A stretch of DNA of 46,484 nt from a bacterium (GTDB lineage: Bacteria; Hydrothermota; 32-111): positions 1 through 46,484 of the forward strand of contig JBFXGO010000015.1 in the NCBI GenBank assembly GCA_050239825.1, read 5' to 3'. Of this stretch, positions 20,660 through 29,961 are shown one piece after another. The position numbers were made by a program, and so were the translations under genes. A model generated the notes under the pieces. The model had not been told where the DNA came from. It made no database searches and saw nothing but the letters and a program-made list of their open reading frames with translations. The stretch's first letter is position 1; each line of letters starts with the position of its first letter.

Positions 20660-21004
20660 AAATTTACAAATTTACAAGACGATGTGCTGGAAGTGTGTGA
20701 AATGACAGGGGCAAAACCTATTCTTGATAATTTTCATGACCTTCTTAATCCATCAAAAGAGAGATTTCCTAAACTTCTAAAAACCGCATCGGAGTACTGG
20801 AATATAAAAAAAGACGGTATAATAATGACAGATTATTCCTCTCAGGAGAGAGGAAAGAGGCGGGGAAGCCATGCGAAGACTCTTGACTTGAATGACTTTA
20901 AAGAGTATATAAATAATACAAAGAAGAGAGATTTTGATATAATGCTTGAAATAAAGGATAAGGAGAAGAGTGCTTTGAAAGCAATTGAATCTTTAAGGAG
21001 ATAG
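20656..21004 (+). pseudogene. uvsE: UV damage endonuclease remnant (C-terminal third only)
   Basis: ILDNFH, DYSSQ...RRGSHA and DFDIMLEIKDKEKSALK match the UvsE C-terminus; the N-terminal two-thirds is missing. Confidence 0.75.
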
Positions 21005-21012
21005 GAGAATTG

Positions 21013-21948
21013 ATGCAGGTCTTTCTTAACACATTCGGCGCAGTATTCACACTCTTTTTTATAGGAATAATCGGCTGGTGGGTTGTATCAAGAAAAGTGA
21101 TGCAAAGCTCCGTCTTCTCGGTTCTCTCCGCAATATCCCTTGAAGTGGCTCTTCCTGCAATGATTTTCTCCGATGTAATTAGAAAGTTTGATATCAATGT
21201 CTATCCCAATTGGTGGGCATTGCCATTGTGGTGGCTTGGTTTCACTCTCTTTCTTTTCATCCTCACAATGGCATTCTCTGTTTTTTCATCAAAAGAAAGT
21301 ATTTCGGAATTCAGAATATCCCTATTCTTTCAAAACGGTATATTTTTTCCGCTTGCAATATTTTCAACAATCCCCGAATACTCTCATCTTGTTATAGATG
21401 TCTTCTTTTTCACAATGTTCTATGCGGCTCTACTTTTCAACACATACTATCTCTTCTTTCCCCAAGCAACGAAAAAATTTGATTTTAAAAAGGTCTTCCA
21501 TCCTGTTTTGATATCTGTTCTTCTGGCAATATTTATTGTTCTCGCAGGTTTAGCAAGGTTTGTTCCAAAACCTGTGATAACAGCTCTCTCAATGGTCGGC
21601 GCAATGTCCGTGCCGCTTCTGATGTTAATACTCGGAGGCAACATCTATGTTGATTTTTCAAAAAAAGAGAGAGTGGAAAAGATGGAGACTGCAAAGTTTG
21701 TTCTTATAAAGAATTTTCTCTTTCCTTTGATTACTCTGATTTTTATATACTTTATCAGACCTCCGGAGAATGTTGGATTGATACTGCTTCTTGAATCGGC
21801 AGTTCCGCCTATTACAGCAACACCCATTCTTGTAGAGAGAGCCGGAGGAAACAAATCCGTCGCAAACCAATTCCTTCTTTATTCATTCATTCTCTCTCTC
21901 TTTTCGATACCGCTCATGATAATGCTGTTTAATTTAATCATAAAATGA
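21013..21948 (+). CDS. AEC (auxin efflux carrier / malate permease) family transporter
   Basis: About 10 TM helices; VALPAMIF, FQNGIFFPL, SVPLLMLILG, ESAVPP. Confidence 0.85.
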   Translation: MQVFLNTFGAVFTLFFIGIIGWWVVSRKVMQSSVFSVLSAISLEVALPAMIFSDVIRKFDINVYPNWWALPLWWLGFTLFLFILTMAFSVFSSKESISEFRISLFFQNGIFFPLAIFSTIPEYSHLVIDVFFFTMFYAALLFNTYYLFFPQATKKFDFKKVFHPVLISVLLAIFIVLAGLARFVPKPVITALSMVGAMSVPLLMLILGGNIYVDFSKKERVEKMETAKFVLIKNFLFPLITLIFIYFIRPPENVGLILLLESAVPPITATPILVERAGGNKSVANQFLLYSFILSLFSIPLMIMLFNLIIK

Positions 21949-21955
21949 GGAAATT

Positions 21956-23143
21956 ATGAAAAACAAACTCAAGGGAAATGTATTTCTTCTATCAATGGTT
22001 TCGCTCTTTACAGACACTTCTTCGCACATGATCTATCCGCTTCTTCCGGATTTTCTTGAAAAGATAGGAGCAAGCAAAACAATAATAGGAATAATTGAAG
22101 GAATCGCTGAAGCGGTTGCCTCACTTCTTCGCTCCGTTTTCGGAACTTTATCCGATAAGATGAAAAAGAGAAAGGAGTTTGTATTCTGGGGCTATGCTCT
22201 CTCTGCAATCACGAAACCTTTTCTCTTCATAGCTAATTCATGGATTATAGTTTTGCTTGTCAGATTTTCAGACAGGATAGGCAAGGCTGTGAGAACTCCT
22301 CCCCGCGACGCAATACTCTCAACATCCGTTGAGTCATCGAAACAGGGCACGGCATTCGGTTTTAACAGGGCTATGGACCGTCTCGGCGCAATCTGGGGTC
22401 CTATTCTTGCTTTCATAATTCTTGCTCTTTTCACTGATAAAGAAAGAGGCATGAGATATGTATTTTTGCTCTCATTGATTCCCGCATTAATAGCTTTAAT
22501 TTTTATTCCATTTGTGAAAGAGACCGGGGAGTTCATAAAAAAACAGAAAGAGATGAAGTATGCGGGTCTTAAATCAAAGAGGTTCATTCTCTTTTTGACC
22601 GCATGCATTGTCTTTTCATTGGGCAACTCTTCAAATTCATTTTTGCTTCTGAAGGCAAAAGAGACAGGGCTCACAAACATTGCTTTGATACCTTTGCTTT
22701 GGATAGTGTACAATATATCATCATCTTTCTTCTCAATAGTTCTCGGCCGGCTGTCAGACAAGATCGGCAGAACAAAAATCATCGCATTCTCTTTCCTCTT
22801 CTACGGCATTCTGTATGTGGGATTTGCATTTGCAGATAAACTTTACATGATATGGATTTTGTTCTTCCTATACGGAATCTACTATGGGCTTTCGGAAGGA
22901 ATATACAGAGCTTACATAGCGCAGATTGTTGAACCGGACAACAGGGGAACGGCATTTGGAATTTTCAATACGGGTATAGGACTGGTTCTTCTCCCTGCAT
23001 CAGTAATCACCGGAGTTGTGTGGGACAAATGGGGAAGCGTCTGGGCATTCAACCTCTGCGCAGTATTCAGCTTCATCGCCCTCATCATATTCGGAGTTCA
23101 TCTGTTACTGGAGCGAAGAAATCGCTTGATGAAGCGGTCATGA
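21956..23143 (+). CDS. MFS transporter
   Basis: 12 TM helices; GTLSDKMKKRK and GRLSDKIGR (motif A); RIGKAVRTPPRDA. Confidence 0.92.
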   Translation: MKNKLKGNVFLLSMVSLFTDTSSHMIYPLLPDFLEKIGASKTIIGIIEGIAEAVASLLRSVFGTLSDKMKKRKEFVFWGYALSAITKPFLFIANSWIIVLLVRFSDRIGKAVRTPPRDAILSTSVESSKQGTAFGFNRAMDRLGAIWGPILAFIILALFTDKERGMRYVFLLSLIPALIALIFIPFVKETGEFIKKQKEMKYAGLKSKRFILFLTACIVFSLGNSSNSFLLLKAKETGLTNIALIPLLWIVYNISSSFFSIVLGRLSDKIGRTKIIAFSFLFYGILYVGFAFADKLYMIWILFFLYGIYYGLSEGIYRAYIAQIVEPDNRGTAFGIFNTGIGLVLLPASVITGVVWDKWGSVWAFNLCAVFSFIALIIFGVHLLLERRNRLMKRS

Positions 23144-23167
23144 ATCAGCATTAATTCTTTTGCCGCA

Positions 23168-24614
23168 GTCATTTTGAACGCCTCTATTCAATGTTCTCCT
23201 GTGAAGAATCTGTCATTCCTGTCATACAGAACTCCGCCCCGCTTATCTTTATAGTGAAGTATCTATCAGCATTTGACCAGTGATATTGGATTAGTGATAT
23301 ATTTTGATTAAGATTTTGTCTTTACAAACAGACTCGAAAATTCCAGTGCAATCATCACTCAATATACTGATGAGTAATATTTATTCTTTTCAGTAATCTT
23401 CACAAAGTTCTGGTACAACCCGTTCTTTTCTATCATGGAGTCGCAGACTCCATTACACCCAAGCCAATGTGGGGACATTCCTTCGGTGTGTCCCCACTGC
23501 AACAATCAATTAATTAACTTATTGAAAGAGAAAGCTACAAGTCGGCGAGGACGCTCCGCACAGACGCCCATCAAGTGGTTTGGGGACATTCCTACGGTGT
23601 GTCCCCACAACATCCCATCTTGATAAAGCGGCGAAGCGAAGTGTGTGAGCCGACGCTACGCTATTCATCAGCCCCCTTATATTTCTTGATTAGCGACCAG
23701 TGATTTTGGACTAAGGATAGCCTTTGAGTAAGACTTTGTCTTTACATTAATCTTCACAAAGTTCTGGTGCAACCCGTTCTTTTCTATCATGGAGTCGCAG
23801 ACTCCATTACACCCAAGCCAATGTGGGGACATTCCTTCGGTGTGTCCCCACTGCAACAATCAATTAATTAACTTATTGAAAGAGAAAGCTACAAATCGGC
23901 GAGGACGCTCCGCGCAGACGCCCATCAAGTGGTTGACCCCTTGCTCCGCTATCCCATCTTGATAAAGCGGCGAAGCGAAGTGTGTGAGCCGACGCTACAC
24001 CCGCCATCAGCCCCCCAAAATCAGCTCTGAGCCGTGAGCCATGTGCCTTGAGCTTAATACGTGGAGCTGATTAAATAACTTGCCTTTACAATTCCGAGGA
24101 AAAATTCCAGTGCATCTCCGCACTGCTATTCAATGTTTTTCCGAGGACAATCAAGTCCATTCTTATTGAAAGTGAAAGCTACAAGTCGGCGAGGACGCTC
24201 CGCGCAGACGCCCATCAAGTGGTTGACCCCTTGCTACGCTATCCCATCTTGATAAAGCGGCGAAGCGAAGTGTGTGAGCCGACGCTACACCCGCCATCAG
24301 CCCCCCAAGCATTTCTTGACTCGTGACCAGAGATGTTGGACTAGTGATAACCTTATCCCATCTTGATTAAGCGGCGAAGCGGAGTGTGCGAGCCGACGCT
24401 TCGCTATTCATCAGCCCCCTAAAAACCAGCTTTTTGAAACCACCGTCCCTGAGAAAAAAACTATAAACCATACCCCGTCCCCAGTGTTAAGTTCAATAAA
24501 GAAGGGGGGTTAAAAGATCCTGATTTTATTTGCATTTTACTGGTTTACTCGCTCACCAGTTTACCATTCCGTCTTTCTGAACACTTCTTATCACTGCTCT
24601 CGCGTGAAGAATCT
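23168..24614. repeat. Mosaic palindromic repeat block L (non-coding)
   Basis: Long-hairpin units at 23518-23676, 23872-24016, 24162-24306 and 24355-24419 (partial); GGGGACA/TGTCCCC hairpins near 23469, 23581 and 23823; 21-nt boxes; heptamer tracts. Confidence 0.92.
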
Positions 24615-24615
24615 A

Positions 24616-25407
24616 TCAGCTATTTTGACTTACAAGCGCACTGACAATTTTTTTTGCATCAATAATCTTATTCTTCTCATCTTCGTCAAATAAAAACGGA
24701 CCTAATTGGTCTGCGAACTTTTTCAATTCAGAATCTGTGAATTCATTGAATCTTTTTAGAAGCACTTCACACCATACCTCTTTATATCCATATCCTTTAA
24801 GCACTTTTTTATCAGGTTCAGTTTTCTTTGACAGCAGATAAATGATATCATAGATGTGTCTTCCCCTCGGCTTTTTGTGAATAGCGTCAATTTTATCAGC
24901 CATTAAAATGCTTTCATCAAGGCAGTTTGCAATAAATGTCTCCCCGTAACCGTTTATTACTCTTTGAGAATTATTTATTTTCCATTCCGGCACTGCGGTT
25001 TCAAATTTTATCACAATTACTCCTCTTCTGCTTCCTGACAATCCATACGCTTCTTCAATGTCAGTGAAATGGATTCCTGCAGTAAATAGATTCTCTCTCT
25101 TATCAAAATCTAACTTAGTTTTGATATTATATTTTTGAAGTTCGCCTGCTATCCTGTTGATTGAAACTTGAAAAGCATCCATATTCAATTTTACTGAATA
25201 AAAATCAAGGTCCTCTGAAAATCTCTTCGTTAAATTGGCAAGGCGCAGATATGTGCCTCCTGTAAAACTGAAAGTATTGCTGTTTCTATCGGAAAACAAA
25301 ATTTTCAAAATAAGAATCTGAAGATACTCTCTTAAAATGCCTCTCGTCTTCTCTTGAGGCATCCCCCTCTCTTTTGCATAATCAACAAGGTTTTCATAGG
25401 TCAGCAT
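24616..25407 (-). CDS. abiEii: AbiEii-family nucleotidyltransferase toxin (type IV TA)
   Basis: FTGGTYLR...RFSEDLDF, KFE, ADKIDA, RHIYDI; ATG 25407 follows GGAGG. Confidence 0.9.
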   Translation of the reverse strand: MLTYENLVDYAKERGMPQEKTRGILREYLQILILKILFSDRNSNTFSFTGGTYLRLANLTKRFSEDLDFYSVKLNMDAFQVSINRIAGELQKYNIKTKLDFDKRENLFTAGIHFTDIEEAYGLSGSRRGVIVIKFETAVPEWKINNSQRVINGYGETFIANCLDESILMADKIDAIHKKPRGRHIYDIIYLLSKKTEPDKKVLKGYGYKEVWCEVLLKRFNEFTDSELKKFADQLGPFLFDEDEKNKIIDAKKIVSALVSQNS

Positions 25408-25984
25408 ATAACCCTCCAATATTGACTTTCATTAAATCAGCATATTTTTTTAATGATTTTCTTGATAGTCCTTTCATCACTTTTGAATCTGCCCTGTCGA
25501 TTTCGGAGAGCTTGTTCAGATATAAAAAATCAACAACTGCCTTTTCCGGCTCTGCAATGTGAATTTCAAATCCTTTCTCTCTGAAAAGATAATAACCTGT
25601 GAAATACTCCTTTTTGACGGTTCTGTATGAGAAAGCTCCATAATCGTTCTTGAAAAAGCGTGTCGCTTTTGTTGTAACAGATGTGACAGAGATTGCAATT
25701 TCAGGAATGATTCCATGCATTGACAAAACTGTTTCCAAAGAGATATATGAAGGACTGTATAGTTTGTTTGCCACATACATATCGGGAATGATTGTTTTTT
25801 CAGGATATGAAATCTGGTAAAGCCCTCTCTTCAATCTGATGATTTTCTTTGATTCTATCCAATTGTAAACCAATCTTGCAATGCTCTCTTCCTTCTCTTT
25901 TGGAAACAGCTTCATAAGGTCTTCGATTGAGAAGATATTTAGCTTGCTCTCAACTGCAAATTTCAAAAGTTCATTGTATTTCAT
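25394..25984 (-). CDS. abiEi: AbiEi-like antitoxin / regulator
   Basis: RLKRGLY, PSYISLE, SVTT, IAEPEKAVVDFLY; overlaps abiEii. Confidence 0.85.
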   Translation of the reverse strand: MKYNELLKFAVESKLNIFSIEDLMKLFPKEKEESIARLVYNWIESKKIIRLKRGLYQISYPEKTIIPDMYVANKLYSPSYISLETVLSMHGIIPEIAISVTSVTTKATRFFKNDYGAFSYRTVKKEYFTGYYLFREKGFEIHIAEPEKAVVDFLYLNKLSEIDRADSKVMKGLSRKSLKKYADLMKVNIGGLYADL

Positions 25985-26047
25985 TTCAGTTAATCCTATA
26001 TTTATTCTATTTACTGAAATGATATACCGATTTCACAAAATTGTCAA
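25981..26047 (-). promoter_or_regulatory. abiE promoter with an inverted-repeat operator
   Basis: Minus strand: TTGACA (26047-42), 17 nt, TATCAT (26024-19). Perfect 10-bp IR TCATTTCAGT (25981-90) / ACTGAAATGA (26013-22). Confidence 0.7.
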
Positions 26048-26096
26048 CCCCCCACTTTAATCTCCTGATTCCGGACTTTCGATTAGCAATTTCTTC

Positions 26097-27105
26097 GTCA
26101 TCTTGAACTCCGCAGTAGTTATCTCTACTGTGAAGTATCTGTCAGCATTTCGACCAATGATTTTGGATTAGTGATATATTTTTTCCCGTCATACTGAACT
26201 CCGCAGTAGTTATCTCTATAGTGAAGTATCTATCAGCATTTGACCAGTGATATTGGATTAGTGATATATTTTGATTAAGATTTTGTCTTTACAAACAGAC
26301 TCGAAAATTCCAGCGCAGTCACCACTCAATATACTGCTGATTAATATTTTGTCTTTTCAGTAATCTTCACAAAGTTCTGGTGCAACCCGTTTTTTCTATC
26401 ATGGACGCTCGCGTCCATTACACCCAAGCCAATGTGGGGACATTCCTTCGGTGTGTCCCCACTGCAACAATCAATTAATTAACTTATTGATACTCGAAAG
26501 CTCAAAGTCGGCGAGGACGCTCCGCGCAGACGCCCATCAAGTGGTTGACCCCTCGCTTGGCTATCCCATCTTGATAAAGCGGCGAAGCGAAGTGTGTGAG
26601 GCGACGCTACGCCTGCCATCAGCCAGTAAATCAGCCTTGAGCCTTGAGCCATGTGCCATGAGCATAATACGGGGAGCTGATTAATATTTTGTCTTTTCAA
26701 TTCCGAATGAGAAGCCTGTCCACAGCGCTCGTCTTTTCAATGCTTCTCATGAGGACAATCAATTAATTAACTTATTGAAAGTGAAAGCTCAAAGTCGGCG
26801 AGGACGCTCCGCGAAGACGCCCATCAAGTGGGCGACCCCTTGTTACGCTAACCCATCTTGATTAAGCGGCGAAGCGGAGTGTGTGAGCCGACGCTTCGCT
26901 ATTCATCAGCCCCCCAAATCAGCCCTGAGCCTTGAGCCATGTGCCATGAGCATAATACGGGGAGCTGATTAATATTTTGTCTTTACAATTCCGAATGAGC
27001 GCTACGCTATTCAGCCGCCCCCCAAAAACCCAGCTTTTTGAAACCACCGTCCCTAGGAAGTATCGTCTTGAACGGCTCTTATCGATGTTTTCGTTTGAAG
27101 GTTCC
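26097..27105. repeat. Mosaic palindromic repeat block R (direct-repeat counterpart of block L)
   Basis: 26188-26624 resembles 23221-23676; long-hairpin units at 26483-26624 and 26771-26915; shares the 25-bp CCAGCTTTTTGAAACCACCGTCCCT (27030-54) with 24426-50. Confidence 0.92.
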
Positions 27106-27135
27106 GTCAGCATTTTGACTAGTGATTTTGGACTA

Positions 27136-27262
27136 GTGACCCGTGATGTTTTTTTCGCAACTATTTTTTACCCTTGCATTTTGTATGTTTCGTGATAAAA
27201 TACCAAAAAAGGGCGAACGGAAGGAGATTTTGATGGATAAGAAACTCAATAAAAACCATCTG
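27136..27262 (+). promoter_or_regulatory. Portable promoter/RBS module B, copy 1
   Basis: TTGCAT (27174-79), 16 nt including TGn, TAAAAT (27196-201), AAGGAG, ATG 27233; near-identical to copy 2. Confidence 0.75.
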
Positions 27263-27393
27263 AAAAACTTGATGAAACTAATACACCATACCCATTCTGA
27301 ACGCCTCTATGCAATTCTCTATTGTGAAGAATCTATCAACAATGAAACAAAAACAACACAGTCCCTCAAATCTTAATTAACAAAAGGAATTTT

Positions 27394-28405
27394 ATGAGTG
27401 GTTTAGTACCTCGGAATTCACAAATAATTATTTACAACACAGAAGACGGAAGAGTCAAGCTTGATGTGAGGTTCGATGGAGATACCGTCTGGTTGACTCA
27501 GCAACTGCTTGCCGAGTTGTTTGATACGACAAAACAAAACATTAGTCTTCACCTGAAAAATACTTTTAAGGAAGGAGAGTTGGTTGAAAAATCAGTTGTC
27601 AAGGAATTCTTGACTACTGCAGCGGATGGAAAACAATATAACATCAAATACTATAACTTAGATGCCATTATTTCAGTAGGTTACAGAGTTAATTCCGCCC
27701 GTGCAACACAGTTTAGAATATGGGCAACGCAGAGACTAAGAGAGTATATTGTTAAAGGATTTGTTCTGGATGACGAGCGGCTCAAAAATCCCGATTTGCC
27801 GTTTGATTATTTTGAGGAACTGACCAGAAGAATTCAGGATATCCGCACTTCAGAGAAGAGGTTTTACCGTAAGATAACAGAGATTTACTCACTCAGCGTG
27901 GATTACGACCCGACAAGTGAAATGAGCATCAATTTTTTCAAAACAGTGCAAAACAAAGTTCATTGGGCTATAAACGGTAAAACAGCCGCTGAAATAATCT
28001 CCGAAAGAGCCGACAGCAAGAAATAGAATATGGGTCTGACAAACTGCGCGTGGAAGTGTTCCAAGAAAGAGTGATGTGACAGTTGCTAAAAACTATTTAA
28101 CTGAAAGCGAATTAACAGCTCTTAATAATTTAGTGGAACAATACTTGATTTTTGCAGAAGGCAAGGCAATGCGCAGAATTCCGATGAAAATGAAGGACTG
28201 GGTGGAAAAATTGAACGGTTTTTTAAAATTGAATGACAGAAATATTTTGGAAGATGCCGGGAAAATATCACATGAATTGGCTGTGGAAATGGCAGAGAAG
28301 GAGTATGACAAATTCAACAAAAAGCGTCTAAAGAAACAAATCAATATTGAAAACGATTTTGACAAAGCAATTAAGATGATAGAGAAAAAGAAGAAGAAAA
28401 AATAG
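27394..28405 (+). pseudogene. rhuM: RhuM-family (virulence_RhuM) DNA-binding protein, disrupted
   Basis: VWLTQ, YNLDAIISVGYRVNS, ATQFRIWAT, IRTSEKRFYRK, VAKNYL. In-frame TAG at 28024-26 plus a +1 frameshift near 28047. Confidence 0.85.
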
Positions 28406-28589
28406 TATAAAAATGTTTCCCCATAACCCTTATAAGCGTGGTAATATCTATGCTTATCATCGCTTGCTTCTCTCTTCTGATAATGGATTGGCGACTAGTG
28501 ACCAGTGATGTTTTTTCCCGTAACCCGCAACTTGAAACTGAGCTTTGCTCCGCAATCTCTTTGCTTCTATTTATCGCATTACCTCCTTA

Positions 28590-28632
28590 TTGACAGAAAA
28601 ACAAAATATGATTATTATTAATAATCAGGAGG
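28590..28632 (+). promoter_or_regulatory. Promoter and RBS of the BRO-N gene
   Basis: TTGACA (28590-95), 17 nt, TATTAT (28613-18); AGGAGG 28627-32. Confidence 0.65.
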
Positions 28633-28638
28633 AAAATC

Positions 28639-29502
28639 ATGAAAACCAATAAAGAAATTAATTCATTGGCTGTCTTTGAAGAATTCAAAATTCGCAGGCA
28701 TTATGATGAACAGTCAGAGAAATGGTATTTTTCTGTGATTGACATCATCGCGGTGCTGACAGAACAAACTGATTTCAAAAAAGCGCAAAGTTATTGGACG
28801 ACGCTTAAAGGTAGATTAAAGAAGGAATCAAGTGAGATTGTCACAAAATGTGACAAACTGAAAATGCAATCGGCAGACGGAAAAAATTACAAAACGGATG
28901 TTGCAGATGTCGAGACAATTCTAAGATTAATCCAATCGATTCCAAGCAAAAAGGCCGAACCTGTAAAGCTTTGGCTTGCAAAGGTGGGTTATGAAAGAAT
29001 GCAGGAGATGACAGATCCTGAAAAAGCAATGAACCGTTCAAGGAATTATTGGAAAAAACAGGGAAGAAGCGACAAATGGATACAACAGAGAATGATGGGG
29101 CAGGAGATAAGAAACAAATTGACAGACTATTGGAAAACTCATGAAGTTACAAAAGAAGAAGAATACGCAATTTTGACTAATATCATTCATGAAGAATGGA
29201 GCGGTTTATCGGTAAAGGATCATAAAAACCTAAAAAAACTGACCACTCAGAACTTGAGAGATCACATGACTGATGCTGAATTGGTCTTTACAGCTTTGGC
29301 TGAGCTTTCCACTCGTCAAATTGCTGAAACAATGAAGGCGAGAGGGCTCAAGGAGAATAAACTTCCAGCTAAGAAAGGCGGAAAAATAGCAAAAGATGCC
29401 AGAAAAGCGCTTGAACAGAAAACAGGTAAACGCGTCATCACTGATGAAAATTATTTGTTACCGAAAATAGAAGAATCAAATCGGAAAAAAGTAAAAAAGT
29501 AA
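28639..29502 (+). CDS. BRO-N domain (phage antirepressor-like) protein
   Basis: IRRHYD...WYFSVIDII, LKMQSADGKNYKTDVA, LIQSIPSKKAEP, NLRDHMT. Confidence 0.85.
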   Translation: MKTNKEINSLAVFEEFKIRRHYDEQSEKWYFSVIDIIAVLTEQTDFKKAQSYWTTLKGRLKKESSEIVTKCDKLKMQSADGKNYKTDVADVETILRLIQSIPSKKAEPVKLWLAKVGYERMQEMTDPEKAMNRSRNYWKKQGRSDKWIQQRMMGQEIRNKLTDYWKTHEVTKEEEYAILTNIIHEEWSGLSVKDHKNLKKLTTQNLRDHMTDAELVFTALAELSTRQIAETMKARGLKENKLPAKKGGKIAKDARKALEQKTGKRVITDENYLLPKIEESNRKKVKK

Positions 29503-29793
29503 ATCACTGAGATTGAAAAACATTAGAATTTAAAAATAAAAAGTATAAACCATACTCCGTCCCCAGCATAAGTGTAATTAAAAATACCCCTTAGGTTATG
29601 AAATCCTGAAGAATCTATCACATCTTTACCAGCCTACCAGCTCACCAGCGTACTAGTCCACCAATACGCCACCGTCCCTGAAATTGTCATCGTGAACGCC
29701 TCTATACTTATGACTACAGTGAAGGATCTATCAACCCAGTTGTCGCGAGCGAAGCAATCTCTATGCTTCTCTTCGGATAATGGATCGGCGACC

Positions 29794-29922
29794 AGTGACC
29801 CGTGATGTTTTTTTCGCAACTATTTTTACCCTTGCATTTTGTATGTTTCGTGATAAAATACCAAAAAAGGGCGCACGGAAGGAGATTTTGATGGATAAGA
29901 AGTTTGGGAAAAACCATCTTAA
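29794..29922 (+). promoter_or_regulatory. Portable promoter/RBS module B, copy 2
   Basis: TTGCAT (29832-37), 16 nt, TAAAAT (29854-59). ATG 29891 opens a 24-aa ORF whose stop overlaps the ORF6N start. Confidence 0.75.
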
Positions 29923-29961
29923 AAACATAACAAAAATAATACTCCAGCACCGCTATATTTT

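Noticed and set aside
23435..27376. Short ORFs in the repeat blocks (23435, 23677, 26451, 26479, 26919, 26977, 27143)
   Set aside because: They are translations of palindromic repeats, mostly without an RBS, and frames are not conserved between copies.
23168..29729. CRISPR-like reading of the 21-nt boxes
   Set aside because: The boxes are dispersed, the two flanks differ from each other, and the cores are partly related.
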